23,195 bases of DNA from a virus. Taxonomy: Duplodnaviria; Heunggongvirae; Uroviricota; Caudoviricetes. Of the stretch, positions 1 to 8,280 are shown one piece after another (the first letter of the stretch is position 1; each line of letters begins with the position of its first letter). The DNA is taken from IMG/VR virus record IMGVR_UViG_2713896904_000008, positions 1 to 23,195 of that record; one strand, given 5' to 3'. Under the pieces are notes generated by a model, which saw nothing but the letters and a program-made list of their open reading frames with translations, did no database searches and was not told the origin of the DNA. The position numbers were made by a program, and so were the translations under genes.

Positions 1-98
1 AATTTCTATACTAAATACATATGTGAAAGATGTTGATGGTCAACGTCTACGGGGGAGAACATCCCCCGCTAACCTTTTTCTTATTTGAGGATTTACCT

Positions 99-200
99 AT
101 GGTTGAATTTTTGATTTATCTGGCTGTAGGATTAACTATCGTATATTCACTGGCACATATTGGCATTTCTACTTTGTGTAACGCTTTCAAGTATCATTAA
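99..200 (+). CDS. Small hydrophobic peptide (33 aa, MVEFLIYLAVGLTIVYSLAHIGISTLCNAFKYH), putative membrane peptide
   Basis: ATG at 99 preceded by GAGGA (88-92); single predicted TM-like hydrophobic stretch; below the 60-aa ORF-track cutoff, translated by hand. Confidence 0.3.
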   Translation: MVEFLIYLAVGLTIVYSLAHIGISTLCNAFKYH

Positions 201-252
201 TTAAATCGATGAATTGAACTATAGATGATGGTCGTTTTCAAAGAGGATTATC

Positions 253-402
253 TATGGATCTTTTTGTCTACTTTGCTACTCTGCTGTTTTTGACTATCGT
301 CGCTGGCATTAAATTGATTTTTATATCGCTGGTGGTGTTTTTCAAATTTCTAATCGGTACGCCTTACGGCTGGGTATGCTTCTTTTTGTTTATTCTTTTT
401 AG
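253..402 (+). CDS. Small hydrophobic peptide (49 aa, MDLFVYFATLLFLTIVAGIKLIFISLVVFFKFLIGTALRLGMLLFVYSF)
   Basis: ATG at 253 with AGAGGA 7 nt upstream; strongly hydrophobic; hand-translated, stop TAG at 400-402. Confidence 0.3.
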
Positions 403-583
403 TTGCTGTAAAAAGGATACTAAATAATAGTGTAATCTGCCTTTTCTCCTTATGGTTATTAACAGGGGATCTTCTTTGAGGATTCCCGATTAAAAGCCAT
501 AAAACACACTCCAGTACAGTGTTTTCATAGTCAGGATCTATACAACATAAAAACATAACAAGTATAGATTGAGTATTAATCCT

Positions 584-610
584 CCCGCCTCGAAAGAGGC
601 GGTTATTTTT
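584..610 (+). terminator. Rho-independent terminator (ccgcctc-gaaa-gaggcgg + TTATTTTT)
   Basis: 7-bp GC stem, GAAA loop, T-rich tail on + strand. Confidence 0.55.
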
Positions 611-687
611 CTGGCTTTAAAGAATAATGTAGCATTATGTTCATTATAACCTCATCTTTGTTGTGCAAACCTAACCTAAACTTACTA

Positions 688-711
688 GGGACTCTTCGGA
701 GTCCCTTTTTT
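688..711 (+). terminator. Rho-independent terminator with UUCG tetraloop (gggactc-ttcg-gagtccc + TTTTTT)
   Basis: Perfect 7-bp stem, TTCG loop, T6 run; abuts stop of the convergent minus-strand gene. Confidence 0.6.
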
Positions 712-1669
712 ATTGGCAGTAAGAAAAGTTAGTACCGTACATTTCATCATGAAGCATTGCAACATTGCGTTTCTGTTCTTCTTCCTCGTCTACCGCATCA
801 CTAGAAAAATGAGATTTGCCCTTAAAAGAACGAAGCAATTGCAGTGCAGCCATCGGATCACGCATCACATCGATTTTCACTTCTACTTCATCATTTGCGG
901 CCTCATCAGCCGCGTTTTCAACTACTGCCACCGGAGCAACTTCTTTAGTTTTCAGTTCTTCAATCTCAGCTTTCTGGGCTTCGATGATCTGGTCTTTTTC
1001 TTCCAGTGCAGCTTTCAGTTTTTCAATCTCAGCTTTCTGTGCTTCGATGATCTGGTCTTTTTCTTCCAGTGAAGTAAAGCGCGGAGAAACAGCATTCACC
1101 TGTGCTTCCAGTTCCAGGAATGCTTCACAAGATTCAATGCGTTCTTTCAATTCACCTTCATACGCAACCACTTCTACTACTTCTTTCTCAGTAGCGTGGC
1201 TGTTAAAGAATACAGCAAAGTAAGGATTACCGGATTTGGTGAAGTTCAGTTTAGCTTTTCCGGTAACTTCTTTACGACGACCAAAGGTAATGTTGCAATC
1301 AGCGGTATCCTGAAAATCCATGTTAGGAGCGGAAACAATAGCAGTATCACCAGCAATCACCAGGTGGAACAGTTCAGAAGAGTTCTTAACGGTGAAAGTA
1401 ACGATGTGGTCTACTGCAACGTCTTTAGCAGGTTTAACACGGTCGATTGCTTTACGAATGCCGTTAGGCAGTTTACCGTCAACACCAAAGCCAGCCGCGA
1501 TCAGTGCTTCACGATGTGCTTTAAAGCCAGCGAAAGCGGATTTCTGCTGCGCAAAGGAAACATGAGCAACAACTTTCGGCTGAATCTTCTTGTTTGCTTC
1601 GGTGCCAAATTTGATAACTGCTTTAGCGTTGGTTACTTCGTTAGTGAAAAAGTTAGCGGAAAATAACAT
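710..1669 (-). CDS. Hypothetical abundant early protein with central coiled-coil tandem repeat and acidic C-terminus (319 aa)
   Basis: Long ORF with AGGAG RBS 8 nt upstream of ATG; highly biased codon usage; 21-aa repeat LEEKDQIIEAQKAEIEKLKAA x2; plus-strand ORFs 713-1666 are its shadows. Confidence 0.75.
   Translation of the reverse strand: MLFSANFFTNEVTNAKAVIKFGTEANKKIQPKVVAHVSFAQQKSAFAGFKAHREALIAAGFGVDGKLPNGIRKAIDRVKPAKDVAVDHIVTFTVKNSSELFHLVIAGDTAIVSAPNMDFQDTADCNITFGRRKEVTGKAKLNFTKSGNPYFAVFFNSHATEKEVVEVVAYEGELKERIESCEAFLELEAQVNAVSPRFTSLEEKDQIIEAQKAEIEKLKAALEEKDQIIEAQKAEIEELKTKEVAPVAVVENAADEAANDEVEVKIDVMRDPMAALQLLRSFKGKSHFSSDAVDEEEEQKRNVAMLHDEMYGTNFSYCQ
949..1074. repeat. 63-bp perfect-to-near-perfect tandem duplication (x2) inside the 319-aa gene
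   Basis: ttcaatctcagctttctg(g/t)gcttcgatgatctggtctttttcttccagtg repeated with 63-nt offset. Confidence 0.7.
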
Positions 1670-1714
1670 TATAAATACTCCTGTGGAAAGTTAGTTTTAA
1701 TTGTTCATCGCAAA

Positions 1715-1750
1715 AGCCTCCTTGTTGCCGCAAGGGGGCTTTTTTATTTT
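1715..1750 (+). terminator. Intrinsic terminator hairpin, possibly bidirectional
   Basis: agcctccttg-ttgccg-caagggggct stem followed by TTTTTATTTT on + strand; on the minus strand the hairpin is followed by UUUUG. Confidence 0.6.
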
Positions 1751-1783
1751 TAAAGCCATCATATAATTCTCAGTCAAAGTTGA

Positions 1784-1966
1784 TTACCAAACGGTAGCTT
1801 CAATCTTCACTTTAATGTCATACTTCTTTAAAAGTTTGTGGAAGGTTGATTGATCAATACCTTCACCTTTAAACCATTCACCCATCACTACATCAGGTGT
1901 CAGTTCAAAATAACGCTTTGCCATTTCTAAAACGATTTCACGAGTGAACTTAACAGGTCGTGCCAT
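1784..1966 (-). CDS. Small putative HTH DNA-binding protein (60 aa), paralog of 5426..5656
   Basis: Strong RBS AGGAGGA; shares N-motif (R-P-x-K/R-F-T/D-R-E) and C-motif (GI-x-Q/S-x-F-H/Y-K-L/S-L-K/H-K-Y/V-D-I/L-K) with ORFs 5426..5656 and 5685..6287. Confidence 0.6.
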   Translation of the reverse strand: MARPVKFTREIVLEMAKRYFELTPDVVMGEWFKGEGIDQSTFHKLLKKYDIKVKIEATVW

Positions 1967-2031
1967 CTTAAATCCTCCTAAATCTGGATTAATGATTTCT
2001 TAAAAAAAGAGCGTTAACCGCTCACTATTAT

Positions 2032-2060
2032 TTATATGGGGATTGTTTTTAATTTTTCAA
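2032..2060 (-). promoter_or_regulatory. Sigma70-like promoter for the leftward 1966..1784 gene (minus-strand TTGAAA-17-ATATAA) with a 5-bp-arm inverted repeat (2009-2023) at the predicted start site
   Basis: Hexamers read on reverse complement: -35 at 2055-2060, -10 at 2032-2037, 17-nt spacer. Confidence 0.4.
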
Positions 2061-2474
2061 CCCCTCACATTTATCTCTTATATATGTATTTATAACAGAG
2101 ATATGTTAAAATGTTATTTGGATGTTATCAGGCGTGTTAAATGTGTTAAACCACAGCACGAATTGCTAAAGCGAAGAACACGAATTAACCAAATTGATGT
2201 TTATTCAATCAATTTAGAAAATTGCATAGCACTTTTTGCTAAAGCGGTGAGCATTAATTGAGCTATGAATTGTAAAGATTTGTTACAAGATTTTCTCTCA
2301 GATCCAAATCTTCACAGACATATAACAATTTAACAGAAGGATAACAAATGGAAGGAAAATCGGTAAATTTTCACTTTCAATACAAATATTATACCACATT
2401 TTTCTCGAATCGTCAATTATAGCACCGAACCGACATAGTGTCAAGAATGGACTTTCAAACCTACACTATGAAAA

Positions 2475-2640
2475 TTGCCCCTGAATTTTGCCCCCGAATA
2501 AAATCCCCAAGATTCTACTATCCCATTTTTGCCCCTGAAATTCCGGGAAACAGTGATTTTGCCCCTCATTTTTGCCCCTGAAATGCCAATAATTGCCCCT
2601 GAAAATCTAATTTTTGCCCCTGAAATTTGCCCCCGAAAAG
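2475..2640. repeat. Array of 8 direct repeats of TTTTGCCCC(T/C)GAAA (iteron-like)
   Basis: Copies at about 2475, 2486, 2526, 2557, 2569, 2592, 2611 and 2626; same motif forms the left arm of the terminator at 5122-5146. Confidence 0.7.
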
Positions 2641-2773
2641 GATTGGTGAGAAAAACTCTTTATAAAACATTAACTTAGTGATTGGTGAAAGCGGGGGATC
2701 GGGCGTGCATAGATATTATATAACACATTCGCTACGCTCATGTGTAAAACCAAAAATAACCAAAAAGATATTA

Positions 2774-2793
2774 GGAGGGCTTTAGCCCGACTG
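2774..2793. repeat. 20-bp direct repeat ggagggctttagcccgactg, copy 1
   Basis: Exact match to 3164-3183. Confidence 0.7.
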
Positions 2794-3163
2794 CGCGAAG
2801 CGCCAACCAATTGCTTCTAGTAACAACTAATTTAAACTAGATGATACTAGATGGTCTTAGAAGGAATTAACTAGTTTGCTCGCTCGCTTCGCTCACTCTC
2901 AAACGTCTGCGACGCCACTGCGTGGCATCGAGAATCACTTTCGAAAGGATTTTCTTGAAAGGGATTTTAAACTAGTTACTAACTGATTCTAGTAAACGAA
3001 CGAAGTGAGTAACAATCACTTTCTAGAAAGGTATTGGTATCCCTTCGGGATTGCAACCTTCGGTTGCTAAATTGCTTCCTGATTATTATTTCTCCAAAAG
3101 AAAGATTCTTATATTCTAAAGATACTTCTTCGTTTTGGTGATGATTTAATCAAAATCTATGAA

Positions 3164-3183
3164 GGAGGGCTTTAGCCCGACTG
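3164..3183. repeat. 20-bp direct repeat ggagggctttagcccgactg, copy 2
   Basis: Exact match to 2774-2793; the two copies bracket a ~370-bp CTAG-rich, hairpin-rich ORF-free segment. Confidence 0.7.
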
Positions 3184-3271
3184 AATCCAATCACTTCCAA
3201 ATAGATAAAAAATTCTCGTTATAAATACTAGTGTAATTTGTTTGATTCACTTTCTTTTAGAGGATACCACT

Positions 3272-3724
3272 ATGATCAATACTAAAACTCCTTTCGTACT
3301 TCTGGGTCTGAACCATGATGATAATCTGGATATGATGCATGTTTTCGCTAATCGTGGTTATAACATCATTCGTCATTCCGAAGACTCCAATTTCTCAACT
3401 GCTTTCTATGCTCTTAAACGTAATGGTCGCCCTACGGTGATCGTAGACTGCTTTACTGATGAAGGTCGTGAACAATACAACAACATTCCGGCAATTATTG
3501 TTCGTGATGACCTGCCGTTTGATGTTCGTGAATATGACGTTGATTTAGGCTCTTACTATGGGATCGCCGATCTTGACCAGATTATGGCTGATTACGGTAA
3601 ACAACCCGCTCAGGAAGCCCAAGAACACGATGAAGAGGATGAGGAAAACGAAGACTACGCACCAATCTGTTTCTCTTCTCAGAATGGCTTCTACGGTTAC
3701 GATGAAGGCTTAGATATGCTGTAA
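3272..3724 (+). CDS. Hypothetical acidic protein (150 aa from ATG 3272; ORF track starts at TTG 3242)
   Basis: AGAGGA RBS 7 nt before ATG 3272; biased codon usage; C-terminal Asp/Glu-rich tail (QEAQEHDEEDEENEDY). Confidence 0.7.
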   Translation: MINTKTPFVLLGLNHDDNLDMMHVFANRGYNIIRHSEDSNFSTAFYALKRNGRPTVIVDCFTDEGREQYNNIPAIIVRDDLPFDVREYDVDLGSYYGIADLDQIMADYGKQPAQEAQEHDEEDEENEDYAPICFSSQNGFYGYDEGLDML

Positions 3725-3759
3725 GTTAGGTCAACCCTTTGGCGTCTTGTCAAGGGGTG

Positions 3760-3788
3760 TTGACAAAATTTTCTGACTTTTTTATGAT
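3760..3788 (+). promoter_or_regulatory. Strong sigma70-like promoter TTGACA-17-TATGAT overlapping a 7-bp inverted repeat (ttgtcaa 3747-3753 / ttgacaa 3760-3766)
   Basis: -35 at 3760-3765, -10 at 3783-3788, exact 17-nt spacer; a second TTGACA at 3797-3802 with a weaker -10. Confidence 0.6.
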
Positions 3789-3844
3789 TATCGCACTTGA
3801 CAATTTTGAACCTATTTGACCTAGATTTGTAAAGAGGATGTAAC

Positions 3845-4177
3845 ATGAAAGAATTTACCATCACTAAATCCCTGTATGACTGGACTGTTAAAATCTCCGG
3901 CAAAACCGTTTCTGTAAGCCCTAGCCATGTAGAAAATGATTGGGGCGTATCCCGTGAAACTATCTCCCGTAGTATGCATGTTCCGTTTGATCTGATGTCC
4001 TTAACTGGTATTCATGCAATGCTGGAAGTTCGCGAACAATTCGAAGCTGGTAATCACAATGCGACTCCAGTTAGCAATCACCTTCTTACTAATGAAGAAC
4101 GTGAAATCATCGAAAACTGGCGTTATGAATATGCGATTCCTTATTATGAAGAAGATCAGGTAGAAATCGATTGGTAA
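3845..4177 (+). CDS. Hypothetical protein (110 aa)
   Basis: AGAGGA RBS; biased codon usage; immediately downstream of the strong promoter. Confidence 0.7.
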   Translation: MKEFTITKSLYDWTVKISGKTVSVSPSHVENDWGVSRETISRSMHVPFDLMSLTGIHAMLEVREQFEAGNHNATPVSNHLLTNEEREIIENWRYEYAIPYYEEDQVEIDW

Positions 4178-4279
4178 TAAATTTCTATTATAAATAAAAT
4201 TGTTCCGCGCGCCGTTGGCGTGTGGACAGTTAAAAACAGGAGAATCAATCACTAAACCGTTTAAGGGGAATTTTTTACT

Positions 4280-5113
4280 ATGAATACTGTTACTACTATG
4301 AATACTGCTGTTAAAACTGCTTCCGTGTCTCTGGTTGTTGATAACACCAAACCGCTGACCATGTCTTCTCGTCAGATCGCTGAATTTACCGGAAAAGAAC
4401 ACCACAAAGTTAAAGTTGATATAACTAAGATGTTGAATGCTCTAGGTTATGAAGATCACGCGAAGTTTCGCGTCATCTATTTTGACCAATACGGACGCGA
4501 ACAAAACGAATATCAACTAGACGAAGAAATGACTCTGACTCTTGTCACTGGTTACGATGTTAAGCGTCGAATGGTTGTTATTCAGGAATGGAAACGACTG
4601 AAAGAAGAAAATGAAAAACTGCGTTCTCAGCAAGTCAACCCATACGCAAACATGACTAAGCTCGATTGGATTCGTGAGGCAATGGAATTGGAAGCCGCAA
4701 ACGAACAACTGATTCAAGAAAAGAAACAACTGGTTGAATTGCATGTTCGTAAAGCTATCGACACACACAGTCTTAGCCGCTTATTAGGCGAAAAACGAGG
4801 CTCTACGAAGGTACAAATTATTCTGAAAGGTTTATGTGCTGCTGGTGTTCTTGAGCGTCGTCTGGATGCTTCTGGTAAGCCTAAAGGCTATGATCTGCTT
4901 CCTCCTGGCTATATGTTCGCTCGTATGTCGGCACACGGTCAGATCGAGTTCACTGCTGATGCTATTCCGCATCTCGTAAAACTCGGATTGCTTGAAGAAG
5001 AAAAGGCCGCAACTTTGAAATTGCCACAGCCGAATAACTCACGAGCAATCGTCAATAATACTGCTTTGCTGATTCGTCAGAATGCTGGATCACTGGAACA
5101 CTTCGGACTGTGA
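4280..5113 (+). CDS. Rha-family phage regulatory protein / antirepressor-like (277 aa)
   Basis: N-terminal segment LTMSSRQIAEFTGKEHHKVKVDITKML resembles the Phage_pRha domain; C-terminal region resembles antirepressor (Ant/KilAC-like) domains; assignment by motif recall only. Confidence 0.65.
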   Translation: MNTVTTMNTAVKTASVSLVVDNTKPLTMSSRQIAEFTGKEHHKVKVDITKMLNALGYEDHAKFRVIYFDQYGREQNEYQLDEEMTLTLVTGYDVKRRMVVIQEWKRLKEENEKLRSQQVNPYANMTKLDWIREAMELEAANEQLIQEKKQLVELHVRKAIDTHSLSRLLGEKRGSTKVQIILKGLCAAGVLERRLDASGKPKGYDLLPPGYMFARMSAHGQIEFTADAIPHLVKLGLLEEEKAATLKLPQPNNSRAIVNNTALLIRQNAGSLEHFGL

Positions 5114-5121
5114 TAATTTTT

Positions 5122-5146
5122 GCCCCTGAATTTCAGGGGCTTTTTG
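5122..5146 (+). terminator. Rho-independent terminator (gcccctg-aattt-caggggc + TTTTT)
   Basis: Perfect stem and T-run immediately after the Rha-like gene stop. Confidence 0.7.
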
Positions 5147-5187
5147 TATCTGGAGTTTTTCGCCGAAAACCTGCAATACAGAATTTC

Positions 5188-5384
5188 GAAAGAATCAATA
5201 GGTTAGAGATGAGCGCAGTTTTGCGCCGATTGATTCAAGTTTGAATTTCTCGAAAGAATCAACCACTTAGATAGATACGCTGAACTTTAAGCACATCCCC
5301 TCAGTTTTGAGGGCATCTATAGATCAGTCCAAATCTGGACTCATCGGAAGAATCAATGACTTAGAGATGTGCTCAGTTTTGAGC
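5188..5384. repeat. Three copies of a ~40-bp unit (G)GAAAGAATCAA-N4-TTAGAGATG-hairpin, each hairpin with a conserved GTTT loop and covarying stem
   Basis: Hairpins gcgca-gttt-tgcgc (5213-5226), ccctca-gttt-tgaggg (5298-5313), gctca-gttt-tgagc (5371-5384); stems differ but stay complementary. Confidence 0.6.
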
Positions 5385-5390
5385 GGATAT

Positions 5391-5418
5391 AAAAAAGGCC
5401 AACCCCGAAGGATTGGCC
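5391..5418 (-). terminator. Minus-strand rho-independent terminator with UUCG loop for the leftward operon
   Basis: On the reverse complement: ggccaatcc-ttcg-gggttggcc followed by TTTTTT. Confidence 0.6.
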
Positions 5419-5425
5419 TAGAGAA

Positions 5426-5656
5426 TCAAATTCCTGTTGCTTCTACCATTTCACCATCAACCTGAACAAAGAATTTCAAATCAACTTTATGGAGTGATTT
5501 GTAGAATTGAGCGATTGAAATACCGTGTTCACTCAATACTTGCTCTTTTTCGGCTTTACCTTTCGGCGCTTGATAGTACGCTTTTACAATCGCTGCCAGT
5601 TGTTCACGATCAAAACGGCAAGGACGACCGCGAGTAGCTTTAGTAGTCATAGTCAT
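5426..5656 (-). CDS. Small putative HTH DNA-binding protein (76 aa; likely start at the internal ATG 5650)
   Basis: RBS GGAG upstream; N-motif TRGRPCRFDREQLAAIVKAYYQ and C-motif GISIAQFYKSLHKVDLK shared with 1784..1966 and 5685..6287. Confidence 0.6.
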   Translation of the reverse strand: MTMTTKATRGRPCRFDREQLAAIVKAYYQAPKGKAEKEQVLSEHGISIAQFYKSLHKVDLKFFVQVDGEMVEATGI

Positions 5657-5684
5657 TTCTCCAAATTAAAGTGAATGTTCACCT

Positions 5685-6287
5685 TTATTTAGAGGACTTA
5701 CATTTTATCGGAAAAAGTTCTCCATCGTCAATACTCATAAAGAACTCTGCCTTAATCCCGTACTTCTTCAACCGTGAATAGTATGTACCCCGACTTATAT
5801 CAACCTTGCGAAGCACTTCAAAGAACCCTTTAGGATCGTTGTAATAGTGGCTATAACGCACGTTAGCGAGTTCAACGAATAGTTCCCTTGTATCACCATA
5901 GCCTTTCTTGAAAGCCTCGTTACGATAGCGTGTAATTGCGTGATTCAATCTCTTCTGTTTCAACACTTCCCTGATCGGTGTCCACTGCAACCGATAGATA
6001 GGACCGTCATCCACTCGATAATAACGCTTGATATCAAAATCAAACCATTCACGGACTCTCTGGAACTCTGTCTGTGATGTTCGGTGCTTCTTAAAGAAGT
6101 TGTGAATATCTGTATATCCCTGATCGCGATACAACTCTATTAAAATTTGCTTCGCTTCCTCGCGACTAAAGCCGGATGTTGTGTAATCAGTCTTCTTGTG
6201 ATGGTGCTTAACTGGCAAACGATATTCATGATCGGTACAAGACAAGGCTAATTCTAATTCATCTCTTTCTTGCTGATTAATTAGCAT
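5685..6287 (-). CDS. Hypothetical protein (200 aa) carrying both paralog motifs separated by a ~100-aa insert; putative DNA-binding
   Basis: AGGGGG RBS; [16 protein letters not shown] and [17 protein letters not shown] match the motifs of the two small paralogs; divergent from the terminase gene. Confidence 0.65.
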   Translation of the reverse strand: MLINQQERDELELALSCTDHEYRLPVKHHHKKTDYTTSGFSREEAKQILIELYRDQGYTDIHNFFKKHRTSQTEFQRVREWFDFDIKRYYRVDDGPIYRLQWTPIREVLKQKRLNHAITRYRNEAFKKGYGDTRELFVELANVRYSHYYNDPKGFFEVLRKVDISRGTYYSRLKKYGIKAEFFMSIDDGELFPIKCKSSK

Positions 6288-6301
6288 ACAACCCCCTTTG
6301 A

Positions 6302-6329
6302 TTAATACCCGTATTTATCAAAATATCAA
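6302..6329 (-). promoter_or_regulatory. Candidate minus-strand promoter (TTGATA-16-TATTAA) for the leftward operon, in the divergent region with the terminase gene
   Basis: Read on reverse complement: -35 at 6324-6329, -10 at 6302-6307. Confidence 0.35.
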
Positions 6330-6372
6330 CAATTTAATAAATACCTTCATATTTCGTAATGAGGGTAATTAC

Positions 6373-8280
6373 ATGAAACTGATTTCGAACAAGGCCAAAT
6401 TAAAAAAGATTCTTAAAAATGCCGCAAAATATATCACTCCACCGCCTAAACTCCTTCCGTCTGAATGGTGCGAAGCGAATATGGTGCTGGTAGATGGTCC
6501 TCAAGCTGGGGATAAAGTTAAATTGTTGTCATTCCAAAAAGGCATGATTGATGCACCTTTCCTTGAGAACAAGAAAAAGTATGTTCTGATGACCAGTGCG
6601 CAGATCGGAAAGACTACCATCCTGAACGGTATCCTGTTTAACCAGATGGCTAACGATCCATGCAATATGATTATCGGACAATCAACCGCTAAAGAAATGT
6701 CTCAATATCTCGCGGGTAAGATCCGACCGTCTATCGAAGCATGTGATGCATTAAAAGACGTGGTTACAGACAAGAATGATCGCAATGCGGTTAACAACAA
6801 TAACCAGCTACAGCTAAAAACGAATCACTTCCTGTACATGGTATCGCTTACCAGTCCATCAACCCTACGTGGTAAGACCGCAAAGGTTGGATTGCTTGAC
6901 GAAATCGATGCTGCTACAGCCTCAGAAGAAGGTGATCCGGTGGCGCTGGCTGCTAACCGTTTAACTACCTTTGGCGATGAAGGTCGATTAGTCGTATCCA
7001 GTACCCCGACCAGTAAGCTCGGAAGCATTAACCAACAATGGTTATCAAGCGATATGCGTATGTTTTTTGTTCCGTGTCCTCATTGCGGTAGACACCAGGT
7101 GATCGAGTGGGAAAACGTTCAATTTGAATGGCGTAACATCGATGGTAAGAATTTACCCGATCCTGATACCGCTCGTTATATTTGCCCCCATTGTAAGAAC
7201 GCATGGACAGAAGGGGAACGAATCAGGGCAGTAGCGCAAGGCGAGTGGAGAGCAACCCGTGAAAGTGAAGTAGCAGGATTCTGGATTAGCCGTCTGTATT
7301 CACCTTTCAGCACGATCCGCGCTTGTGTGGTTGATTTTAGTCATGCGTGGCAATCCTTTGATTTACAATCATTTTATAACACCGTGTTAGGCAAGGTATA
7401 CGATGATCAGGACACGGCAGTAGAAGCAAATGAACTGGAAAAACTCAAAACAGATGTTTCTATCGAGAATATCCCTGATGACGTGATTTTCTTGTGCTCA
7501 GGAATTGACCAGCAATTGGATCGCGCAGAATCTACCATCTTAGGTGTAGCGAAAGATAAGGTTTACATTCTGGATCACCGTAGCTTTTACGATCATAACT
7601 GTGAACGATACGAATCACCTGTATGGGATCGTCTGGTTAACTTCAAGAAAACCAAATTCTATAACGTTAATGGTGAACGTGTGCCAATGCTCGCCAGCTT
7701 CCTCGATACATCAAACGGTCGATTCACTCAAGCCGGATACCGTATTTGTGGTAAGTGGAAGAACCTACACGCTATTAAAGGTAGTTCATCCGGTAATGCT
7801 CCAGTGATTCCGGTTAAACCTACCCGCACAGGTGGTCATGAATTGCTTATGCTGGGCGTTAACGTTGGTAAATCCGCTGTTCGTGAAATGCTGGTTAGAA
7901 ACCTGAAAGATAATCCTCATATTGGCTTAGAAATATCAGAAACCGTTCCTGATGATTATCTCGATCAGCTTTTGAGTGAATCCATCAAGCGTACTACTAC
8001 TGGTGTTCGTTGGGTGAAAAATCCAGGTAGTACCCGAAACGAGGCTCTCGACTGTCTGGTTTATAGCTATGCTGCTTCTCGCTACGTTCTTTCAAAAATG
8101 TCATGGGATAAACTCATTGCAATGAAAGACAGCTTAAACCGTGTTGTCGAAGAATCCGTAGAAGCTCATAAATCGCAATCTGACGAGCAAATCGAAGAAA
8201 CTAAGCCAAACCCACGACCACAGCGTCAAAACATCGCCAGACGTCCAAATAGAGGCCGTAGCTGGGTAACATCGTTCTAA
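6373..8280 (+). CDS. Terminase large subunit (lambda GpA-like), 635 aa from ATG 6373
   Basis: GAGGG RBS 7 nt before ATG 6373 (ORF track starts at 6298); Walker A-like [11 protein letters not shown]; size and position immediately upstream of portal. Confidence 0.85.
   Translation: MKLISNKAKLKKILKNAAKYITPPPKLLPSEWCEANMVLVDGPQAGDKVKLLSFQKGMIDAPFLENKKKYVLMTSAQIGKTTILNGILFNQMANDPCNMIIGQSTAKEMSQYLAGKIRPSIEACDALKDVVTDKNDRNAVNNNNQLQLKTNHFLYMVSLTSPSTLRGKTAKVGLLDEIDAATASEEGDPVALAANRLTTFGDEGRLVVSSTPTSKLGSINQQWLSSDMRMFFVPCPHCGRHQVIEWENVQFEWRNIDGKNLPDPDTARYICPHCKNAWTEGERIRAVAQGEWRATRESEVAGFWISRLYSPFSTIRACVVDFSHAWQSFDLQSFYNTVLGKVYDDQDTAVEANELEKLKTDVSIENIPDDVIFLCSGIDQQLDRAESTILGVAKDKVYILDHRSFYDHNCERYESPVWDRLVNFKKTKFYNVNGERVPMLASFLDTSNGRFTQAGYRICGKWKNLHAIKGSSSGNAPVIPVKPTRTGGHELLMLGVNVGKSAVREMLVRNLKDNPHIGLEISETVPDDYLDQLLSESIKRTTTGVRWVKNPGSTRNEALDCLVYSYAASRYVLSKMSWDKLIAMKDSLNRVVEESVEAHKSQSDEQIEETKPNPRPQRQNIARRPNRGRSWVTSF

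Noticed and set aside
350-556. 68-aa minus-strand ORF
   Set aside because: Overlaps the hand-called 49-aa plus-strand ORF and terminator hairpins; no RBS; AT-rich region.
713-1666. Plus-strand ORFs 713..1072, 816..1223, 1196..1666, 1320..1565
   Set aside because: Overlapping fragments in several frames opposite the continuous 319-aa minus-strand gene, which has a proper RBS and biased codons.
2043-2261. 72-aa plus-strand ORF
   Set aside because: Lies in the AT-rich promoter region of the leftward 1966..1784 gene; no RBS and unbiased codons.
2348-2422. 24-aa ORF (MEGKSVNFHFQYKYYTTFFSNRQL) with an AGGA upstream
   Set aside because: Too short and unsupported to call; could be checked by ribosome profiling.
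2475-2640. Possibility that the 8-copy repeat array is a CRISPR array
   Set aside because: Repeats are only 13-14 nt, spacing is irregular (0-30 nt) and not palindromic; inconsistent with CRISPR architecture.
2280-3240. tRNA genes in the ORF-free region
   Set aside because: No convincing T-loop (GGTTCGAATCC-like) or cloverleaf arrangement found by eye; a proper tRNA scan should still be run.
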